From contig OX597832.1 of assembly GCA_951406725.2 (NCBI GenBank), forward strand, positions 18,166,001-18,230,000: a stretch of 64,000 bases of DNA. Direction: 5' to 3'. Source of the stretch: Octopus vulgaris. Its lineage: Eukaryota. The position numbers and the translations under genes are program-made. The first letter of the stretch is position 1. Every line of letters starts with the position of its first letter. The notes beneath the pieces were generated by a model that did not search any database, had not been told where the DNA came from, and saw only the letters and a program-made list of their open reading frames with translations. Positions 53,900 to 64,000 of the stretch are shown here, one piece after another.

Positions 53900-56456
53900 T
53901 CTTTGTAGAATCAATATCAAAATCCTAGCAGCCAAGCTGAGCACTTCTGGGTGGGGGCTTGCTCTGCTCACGTGTGAATTCCGATTTCTTTAACATATTT
54001 CTCGAACTTGCTCCGAGTGCCCCTACAACTGCTGAAATTCTGACACTCTCCTAAAAGTCCACATTCTTGCAATTTGGTCTCTTAGTAATCATTGTTTTGC
54101 AATTTTCTCTGATTCTTTCTCACTTATCCGTGCGCCTCCGTGTATTGCACTATCTATGATCTTGGTTTCCTTTTTTTCTTTTATCTACCACAACAATATC
54201 TGGTCTACGAGCTTCTATTAAGGTGTTACATCTGATTGTAAAATCCTACAGTATCTTATATTCCTTGTTCTCCGTGACTCCTTCTGGCTCTTCTTCGTAC
54301 CGTTTCTGTGCTCTGTTTAGGCCATACTTTTCACAAAGCCTCTAATAGACGACCTTAGCCACGTTGCCGTGCCTCGTTTTGTATTTCTTTTGGGCCAGCT
54401 CACTACACTCACTCACTCACAATATATGAGATTGTTTCGCTTCTGCTGTCACTCATCTTACAAAGGGGCGATACGCTGGTCCAATATATTTGAATTTTTG
54501 TGTAATTAGTTCTCAGAGCTTGTTGCCGGGCGCTGTATATCAATACCTCCATGCATCCTTTTAACTCACTTATTCTTAGCCATCTTCAAGTATCCATCTT
54601 GTCTTTTCAGTGGTTTCATTTTCCAGTAGTTTACTCTTCTTTCTTAAATGTTTGTGGGTTCACATTTTCGGTAGACATTATATTGTTAATTCTAACAGCA
54701 GTAAGCAAGGATTCATGGTCTCAGACTGTTCTTCTCTTCGACAACACAGATTTTGCATCCAAAGTTACTAGGCACATACAATCCGTCGCTTTTGGAGTGT
54801 AGCTCCTTCTTAATTGTCATCACATTTCTAGTTTTCCTGCCCATTTCCTCAACCTCGTCCTTTGTCCAATTTAAGGAGACAACCCATGTGTTCATTGCTC
54901 CGACTTTGTCTTTTCCATTGATTTCTTTTTCTCTAATTAACTTGTATCTTTTGAAATATCTTGCCTAAAGCCTTCCTTTATTTCACTTTTTTTGATTTTG
55001 TCGTATTCTAAAATATCCAGATATTTATATCTATTCGTCTCAATATCCTGGATTTTCTCGCTGTTGGGTAACTCTGAACCATCAGGTGACATTATTTCGC
55101 TTACCACACGTTTTAGTCCCAAATTCCATTCCGATATCCTTACTGAGTGTCTACACTTTTGAATCTAGGTCATTTATTTCTCGTTCGGTCTTTCCAAATA
55201 TCTTTAAATCATCCATATATAACAAATGACTTAATTTTCCTCCACTTTTCAAGGTCTACCGCGATGTCACTTTCCGTAGTTCCTGTGTGAGGGATATCAT
55301 ACGAATCAGAAACCGCCATGTTGATAGGCTATCTCCTTGAAATATCCCTCTCTTGATGTTAATCGTCGCCAAACATTTTACACATGATATTAACACTGTG
55401 TTAATAGATGATGCAGGCTTTAATCAATCTATTTGCTCCGGTTACGTCTTGTAGTATTTTATTCACTTGAAGGGCTCACCCTTTGAATAAATTTCTATCT
55501 CCCTTCCTAAATCCATTTATTTCCATTTACTAGTTTTCCTTAACGATACTAATAATGTCTTCGATCATTCCTTTGTCATCATTATTTAGACCTCTACACT
55601 CAGGGCTTGAGACAGTATAATTCTCCAGTTTGCTCTCCTTATGTACAGCTTCGTCAGTGCTCTCAGTATGTACTTCTACATCGCTCCCAAAGTTTTTGGT
55701 CATCGCCCTCCTCCTAATTGCATCCAGCTTGCTAATTCCATCCTCCTAATTTTATTCAGTACTGTTAGCCATCTTTTCTTCCTCATTGCTCTTACGTTCG
55801 TTACAGAGTCTCTGGTCCGTAATAACTGAGCCCTGCATCCTCTTTCTATATCCTCTTATGGGTTTCCTTTCATTTTCAGTGGGTCTGCTCAAAAAACAAC
55901 ATTCCATACCATCTGTATTAATCGGCTTAGACCATTTAGTTCTAGCAGCCGTATTATGACCACCGGGCCAGAGCTGCTCACCCACAGAGCAGCTGCCGGG
56001 CAAAAGCCCGTCCAATGTAGTTCCACCCTCATATACGCCGTTCTTTGTGTTAATTCTAGTATTCATTACTGACATGCAGAGAAAAGTGTTGATAAGTTTT
56101 CACAACGACCAGTATTTTTACGGAGGCACCATCTCTAGAGGGATTTGTCTAAATACACTCATAGAGACCCTCCTTCTCATCGAAGTTTAAGTGAGCTATC
56201 CTGAGCTGGACACTAAAACCCAGAATTCAGTGCTCCGCAGGTGGTGAATGGTGAATGATTTGTTGTTTGGGTGGCTGTTGACTCCTCAGAGTTAATCCAC
56301 CCTTAGACAATTCTTGTATTTCATCCTGAAGGGTAACCAAATAACAAAAAAAGCACCCTCCTCACAAAGCAAGCTCTGTGGGGTGGCTGGTTTAGACGCC
56401 GACGGCCCGACAGCTGGAAGAATGGGAGGAGGGAAAGGTGGTAGTTCCCTAAAGTT
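53900..56456 (-). mobile_element. Internally deleted, decayed Dong/R4-clade non-LTR retrotransposon (5' UTR, N-terminus, partial RT, zinc knuckle, RLE)
   Basis: RTKWSK...GYRKRM...ITDQRLC N-terminus; INIKRGIFQGDSLS about 55365-55322; LSHLLYMDDLKIFGK with YMDD at 55208-55219; YKYLDILE; ETISHIV..ELAQKKYKTRHGNVAK; ARRPDIVVVDK; 5' end abuts (AAT)n. Confidence 0.88.
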
Positions 56457-56565
56457 AATTATTATTATTATGTTAGAAGGATGTTCAGTATTTGCCTTAC
56501 AAGTTTGGTTAGGCTGCTAGTAACACGCAGGTAGGTTTAGAGAGGAGAGTTTATTATTATTATTA

Positions 56566-56618
<53 letters not shown>

Positions 56619-56621
56619 ATT

Positions 56622-56665
<44 letters not shown>

Positions 56666-56680
56666 TATTATTATTATTAT

Positions 56681-56784
56681 TGAGCGAGAGAGCAGTGGAT
56701 GCCATCAAAGTTATACTGGGGTAAAATATACGAAGCCCTGTATACCCATCATGACTACCAGTCTGATAAAGGTACAGCAGGCAC
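56681..56784 (-). mobile_element. Probable 3' UTR tip of another (TAA)n-associated retroelement
   Basis: Unique 100 bp abutting (ATT)n; resembles a common octopus repeat from memory; no coding evidence here. Confidence 0.4.
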
Positions 56785-56787
56785 CAC

Positions 56788-56818
<31 letters not shown>

Positions 56819-57359
56819 GCCTTCTTCTTCTTCTTCTTCTTTTTCTTCTTCTTCTTCTTCTTCTTCTTCTTCTTCTTCTTTTTCTTCATCGTCATCACCG
56901 CCATCGTTATCTTGCTCACGCTGATGTTGCTACAAATCTCTGTTCTAATTCTTACGGTTGGCTCTCACTGCCGTGTCGAGTACAATTTTGTGCAGTGTTT
57001 CGTCTCAGCTTTGTCACTTTTTGCGCAGTCACACTTGATTACATTACATAGCATAATGTACAGCGTTTAGCTATTCTCTTTGGTGTTTGTCCTACTTACT
57101 TGTGGTCTGGGTCACAAAATGAATGCGTATGATGTTTTATCCATCATTCCCGAAGAACGTAATATTGTAGGGAATTTTTTGTCCTTTGATTTCGCGATCC
57201 ACATTCATATGAACTCTGTTTCTAGAACAATTATAGATTGGCCATCGGAAAGGTGATTTCGCTGGCTTTGCCATTTAATTGCTTTTTAATAGAATCCATT
57301 TAACTACCATCCTCTCCACCTCCTCTATCATATAGTTGTATGGATATCTGTCCGAAAGT

Positions 57360-57955
57360 TTTAATTCGCCCTCATGTCCTTCCTTAATGTAAGAACATAT
57401 TTAGGTAGAAGGCTCTTCCCCTTAATAGATACAATAAAATCTTTATAGACACATAATAAAGGGTATCTTCTCTTGTCCTCTTAATGTTGTCGTATATCAA
57501 TCGCAACTCAAACCTGCCCAGGATCCACAAGCAGTGACAGATCGAAATGTCCTCAAGGGTAGATGTGAGATATATCTTCCATTGTTTATGAAGCACGTTT
57601 TATGAAGCCAGCTATGACAATGGTCGTACAGATATGAGATATATCGGGGCTGTGAAAGAAAAATTTAAATCTAGATACAACGAACATCCTTCTAATTTTA
57701 GGTACCGTGCTAAGATACTTTCAACAAGCCATTCGGCTTTCATCTGAAAGCTTGAAGACAGAAGGAACAATTTCGATATCAACTGGAAAATCCGCTCCAA
57801 ATCCAGACTCTGTATTAAAGTATCTAAGCATTTTCAATTCCTTCACTTGAAAGACAGTATGTATTAAACACTTAAGAACCTCCAAAGAACATATGAATTC
57901 GAGGAAGAAGATTTTTTCTGCATATGCGCATTTCAAAAAATATTACTGTAATTTC
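57360..57955 (+). mobile_element. Decayed Penelope-like linker plus GIY-YIG endonuclease
   Basis: From 57634: MRYIGAVKEKFKSRYNEHPSNFRYRAKILSTSHSAFI*KLEDRRNNFDINWKIRSKS; upstream VRTYLGRRLF and KIF-like linker remnants. Confidence 0.75.
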
Positions 57956-58150
57956 CAAGATTTGTTTCATTTATTTTAAGATTATCTTTACTCTCTTACA
58001 TGGTGGAGGGATTCTCTATATATACATAAACATACACATACACACACACACACATACATATATGTATGTATATAGGTATTTATGCATATATATATAAACA
58101 CATGTATATATATACACACATATATATGTATATATGTATGTATATATATA

Positions 58151-58567
<417 letters not shown>

Positions 58568-58824
58568 CAAAAAAAATATATATATATATACATATATATG
58601 TATATATGTATATAGATATACACACGTATATATACGGGCAAATACAGACATATACACACACATATATAGATGTATATATGTAAGTACATATATACGTATA
58701 TATACTTATATATATATATATGTATGTGTGTGTGTATGTGTATGTATATATATACACGTATATATATATATCTACACACGTATATATATATATACATATA
58801 TATGTATACCTATATATACATATG

Positions 58825-58868
<44 letters not shown>

Positions 58869-59321
58869 TAGATATACACTTACATATACATACATATACA
58901 CACAAGCACGTACGCACATATACACACACACACATATACTTACATATGTGAGTCTTTATATCTGTATTGGTGCTGCACAAGTACATGTCAACCAATGTTC
59001 TTACATCCTCGTAACTTAGAGATTCGGCAAAAATAGACTGATAGAATGAGTACCAGGTTTATTGAACTGTTAGATTTATTCGACTGATACCATTAAAGGC
59101 AGTACCCCAACATGGGTTCAGGGAAATGGCAAAAAGAAATAAAATGTAAAAGATAAACCAAACGGAAGAAATATTATTATTTCTGCATACACATACACAA
59201 GCAAATACACACCCACACATCCACACACATCCACATACATACAGACATGCACACACATGCACATAAACACACACATATATATTCCGGGATACACCTATAT
59301 ATATATGCATATATCACTATG

Positions 59322-59623
59322 ATCACCGTGACCGACCATGCTATCTGATGTTGCTACACATCTCTGGTCACAATGCGTTTAGCATTGTTTTAGCCTTTAA
59401 ATGACGCCACCCTACTGGCTAAGCGAGCAGTCCAACAGAAGAAAGAGTGAGAGAAAGTTGTGGCGAAAGAGTACAGCAGGGATCGTCACAACCCCCTGCC
59501 GGAGCCTCGTGGAGCTTTAGGTGTTTTCGCTCAATAAACACTCACAACGCCTTGTCTGGGAATCAAAACCGCGATCCTACAACCGCGAGTCCGCTGCCTT
59601 AACCGCTGGGCCATTGCGCCTCC
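59322..59623 (-). mobile_element. Family 3 SINE
   Basis: Reverse complement of 58287-58567 along its full length. Confidence 0.88.
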
Positions 59624-59626
59624 ATA

Positions 59627-59664
<38 letters not shown>

Positions 59665-59673
59665 CATATTTGT

Positions 59674-59720
<47 letters not shown>

Positions 59721-61627
59721 CATACATACATATTTGTATACATACATATATATATAACGTGCTTCTTTCTGATTTCATCAACCAGTTCCACTCACTCGGA
59801 TTTGGTTAGACCAAGTATATTTTAGAAAGCTGTGGGACTGAACCCAGAACCATTTTATTGGGAAGCAGTCTTCTTATCAGGTAGTTATATATTTTTTATA
59901 AGCATCGTATAAATAACTACACTGGCATCCATCCCGCGCTGATTTGAGAGAAAACCATGAGGAAGATTTGAAACCTGAGAAAGCTGTGTAATATAATCAC
60001 CTCACTCGGAAACTAAGAAGAAACTTGTTAATTTTATCCAGACTAAGAAATGCTGCATTGCAAATCATTTCCAATTTGAAGCTTCCTTGTAACCCCCTAT
60101 TGGGTTGCAACTTTATAAGAAAGAAGAAAAAAAAAAACGGGGGGATTAAGTAGGTTTCTAATTGTTTAACCCATTCACTCCCGCATGTCAACATGATCCC
60201 TTATTCATATACAAACACTCGCACAAAAGAGGCCTCCGACAGATGCCAACAACAATGGTTGTAATTCTAAATTAACGTTACACTAGGATTCCGAATTCAC
60301 ATATGCAGGAACACGTGTTAAGTAGGACCACTGGTGTAAGTATTCTGGAGAGGTAAATGCATAATAAATGCATTTTTTCATACAATAGTGACATGGATGT
60401 ATAGAAATATCACAGCTGGAGATGCGCTGTCTGGAAATTAAAGGAGACTTACAAATTAGATGATTGAACCGAGATTTCAACAAATCTAAACCAGAGCAGA
60501 AGACAAATGAGGAAAGGGTGGGAAATTTATACGCAACGTATTGCGTAAATTAACACATTCTAGCGGTCGCTTATGTAAAATAGTTGATCCATACTCTGAA
60601 GGAATACATACGTATACATGCATGTATATTTCGTTGTGTGTGTGTGTGTGTGTGAGTGGAAGTATGCGTACACATATATACATGTACACACTTGCACACC
60701 CACACATTTACATACACACGCATACACGCATATACACCCGCACACGTAAATATATGGAGAAGATATGAAGGAAAGAAAAATACAGTATGTATCAATATTA
60801 TATGTCCTTGAAATTCTAAAAACGTCTAAAATACCTAAAGCTAACTCTTGTTAGTGTTTGTAAATGAGCATATATGCATGTGTGTAGGTACTTGCAGTGT
60901 GTGAGTGCGTGTGTGTGTGTGCCTGTGTGAATCTGTCTGTATATCTGTGTGTGTGTATGTGTGTAAAAATGTTTTATAATACTAAAAATTCTTTCATTAT
61001 ACGTCGAATGTATGTATGTATGTATGTATGTATGTATGTATTAGAATATTGTTCCTCTGCAGTGTTCTTTGACTCCAGTGAACTACTGATTCTATTTGCA
61101 CTCTTCCTACTAGCGCTAGCACAATTCTTTATTTATTAATGTGCAGAGCATAGCTAGATAACAACAAAGAAGGAACTTCATAGAATTCACGAATGTTTCG
61201 TACGTTGGTACTCTTTAACACGTACTCGTTTTTTCTTTAATAATCTGACGACTGAAAAATCATACTATATTGGTATTTCAATTCTAAAATTTACAAAATA
61301 TATGAAAATATATGATAACTATACCTAGCTATGACGATACGAAACGTCCAAATTAAATGGACTTCTGTGAGTTGAAATATGCTATTTTTCATCAAAACTA
61401 CAATTGGTTACATCAATTTCAGTGCGTCCAGTGGATTAGAAGCACATTTTGATCCTTCTGATATGGCAATGAAATGAATAAAGATCCCCAAATATGAAGA
61501 CTTCTACTATAAAATCAAATGATGTAGATGCATTAATCTAAAGAAGAAAATAAATTCTCCGGACTCCAGAAAAAACTCCTTATAAATTGAATTCTGCTGA
61601 AGATTTATCAGTCAAACGTATATTTTT

Positions 61628-61790
61628 TTCAAATTTTGGCAGAAGGCTTGAAATTGTGCAGCAAAGTGTAAGTTGATTACATCGACCCCTGTGCTCAACT
61701 GGTACTTATTTTATCGATCCCGAAATAACTAAGGCTAAATCGACCTTGATGGCATTTGAACTCAGACCATTAAGTCGGAACAATTGCCGT
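61628..61790 (-). mobile_element. Old family 2 SINE fragment
   Basis: GATTACATCGACCCCTGTGCTCAACTGGTACTTATTTTATCGATCCCGAAA...TTTGAACTCAGA. Confidence 0.75.
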
Positions 61791-63106
61791 TTATCAACAG
61801 TTCTCATGTATATGTAAGTGGCTCACTATCTCTATCTCTCTCCCTCTCTCTCTCTCTCCCTCTCTCTCCCCCTCTCTCTCTCCCACACACACTTCCATTT
61901 CATATACACGTTCATTCATCTTTCACTGTTTCCTCACTTTCACTTTAAAACCAAAGTAAATAAATACAATTTTTTTTACGGAACTTGACAAACAAATCCA
62001 GCTGATTTGGATGATTATTCAAAAATTACAGTTCTGAGACTCGAAGTGAAAAATCGCCCTAAGAGTATACCATTGCAAACATTTTTTCGATTGCATTCAA
62101 CGAATTTCAGCTCCAAAGATTTGGCTGCTACTTCGAGCGCGCCCTGTTACCACGTAACAGCTATTTGCGATAAAGCACGCATACATATATTATTTTTAGC
62201 ATTTGTATTTTATTCTGAAATTTTCTCGCATAATTCTTATACAATATTGCATCTATACACACATATAAAACGCACTCTTGCAGGAACACGCTGATATCCA
62301 CTCTCACACACAGAACTATTTAAATATGATCACTTATAGATACATACAAGCACATGCAAGCCCATAACACACAGACACATACACATACACACACACAAAA
62401 CCTATTACTCAAGAATATACAAATCCTCGTGATGATACGTATACGCTGTTGTTATCATTAATAAATTGATATTAGATATATTTTTTATATTCTAAAAATA
62501 TTACACATACGACCTAAGAACAGGAGACAAAAAGAAAACAAAGGCAAGATAAGTATTGATTTATTACATTGAATACAAAACCAGATTGACAAACCGATCG
62601 ATATTATCGAACTTGTTATATTGGGTTCGGCGTTAATCCAATTGGCTTGGTTTAGATTTTATTTATTTATTTATTTATTTATCTTTTGCTTTTGTTCCAT
62701 TATGTTATTGTGGAGACGTCGTTCGTTGAGTGAGTGAAAGATGCTTTTGTTACAAGAATGGATGTTGGTGTTTGTAGTGTGAGTGTAATACAGCCGTGGG
62801 GAATACTTGCCGGTGTCGAACGATACTTGAGGTGGTAGTCTGGAATAGCTAGACTGAATATGTGATGCATTTTCAGGAAATAAATCGACTGGGTGAATGG
62901 ATTTTTTTTTCTGTTGGTGTATATCAATGGCGGGCATTTTGTTTTATGCTGAGGTCCGCCCTTTGCTTGCACATTTGCGGTGAAATGCAATCCTGCAAAG
63001 ACAATCGTTCCTTTTTCGTTATAACAGGAATTATTATCCTTAAATATGAGTCTGAGTAACATATTAAAGGAAGCAGGAGTTTATGCATGAAGTTTAAGGA
63101 GTTTAA

Positions 63107-63326
63107 GGCGGCGAGCTGGCAGAAATGTTAGCGAAATGCTTAGCGGTATTTCGTCTGCGTTACGTTGTGAGTTCAAATTCCGCCGAGGTCGACTTTGCCT
63201 TTCATCCTTTCGGAGTCGATAAATTAAGTACCAGTTACGCACTGGGGTCGATGTAATCGACTTAAAACCTATGTCTGTCCTTGTTTGTCCCCTCTGTGTT
63301 TAGCCCCTTGTGGGTAATAAAGAAAT
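63107..63326 (+). mobile_element. Young full-length family 2 SINE
   Basis: GGCGGCGAGCTGGCAGAA head; 18-bp TSD AGGAGTTTATGCATGAAG at 63075-63092 and 63327-63344. Confidence 0.92.
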
Positions 63327-63439
63327 AGGAGTTTATGCATGAAGAAATATATGAGTGTGTCTGTTTGTGTGTAATTAAGTGATTAATGCGAGCGAACTTT
63401 TGTTTTGAAATTCTGAAGATGGATATTAATAAGGGATGA

Positions 63440-63610
63440 GACGCAGGAGTGGCTGTGTGGTAGGTAGATTGCTTACCAACCGCATGGTTCCGGATTCAGT
63501 CCCACTTCATGGAACCTTGGGCAAGTGTCTTCTAATATATCCTCGGGCCAACCTAAGCCTCCTGAGTGGATTTGGTAGGCGGAAACTGAAAAAAGCCCAT
63601 CGTATATATG

Positions 63611-63709
<99 letters not shown>

Positions 63710-63911
63710 TTGTGTGACTGTATTTGTCCCCCCAGCATTGTTTGACAGCCGATGCTGGTGTGTTTATGTCCCCGTCATCTAGCGGTTCGGCAAAAGAGAC
63801 CGATAGAATAAGTACTGGGCTTGCAAAAGAATAAGTTCCGGGGTCGAGTTGCTCGATTAAAGGCGGTGCTCCAGTATGGCCGCAGTCAAATGACTGAAAC
63901 AAGTAAAAGAG
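63440..63911 (+). mobile_element. Full-length family 1 SINE
   Basis: Colinear with 42353-43052, without the insertion. Confidence 0.92.
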
Positions 63912-64000
63912 ACGTATTAATGCGTATTCAGAATTTATTGTGCGAGGTTTATATATGGAAGTGAGAGATGTTACGACCAAAATACCGAGAAAATTTAAAA

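Noticed and set aside
60370-60426. miR-2-like hairpin (TATCACAGC)
   Set aside because: Only the seed region matches and the arm pairing is poor.

Overview
AT-rich, non-coding animal DNA, most likely an octopus intron or intergenic region (inferred from the SINE families and the very dense TA/CA/GATA/AAT/GAT/CTT microsatellites). I could not support any intact host gene; almost every ORF in the track is a microsatellite artefact. The window holds four tRNA-derived SINE families, a young RTE LINE 3' end with a target-site duplication (TSD), decayed Dong/R4 retroelements in (TAA)n, Penelope-like (GIY-YIG) fragments, two non-autonomous Helitrons and MITE/fold-back elements. The most interesting signal is a set of at least six sequence-distinct short elements, mostly in (TA)n, that carry type I hammerhead ribozyme motifs (CTGAnGA...GAAAC-palindrome-GTH with a closing stem I). 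Three have fully intact cores (2275-2350, 12413-12507, 24679-24766) and several are arranged as inverted fold-backs. All folds were read by eye and family names are from memory; no searches were run.
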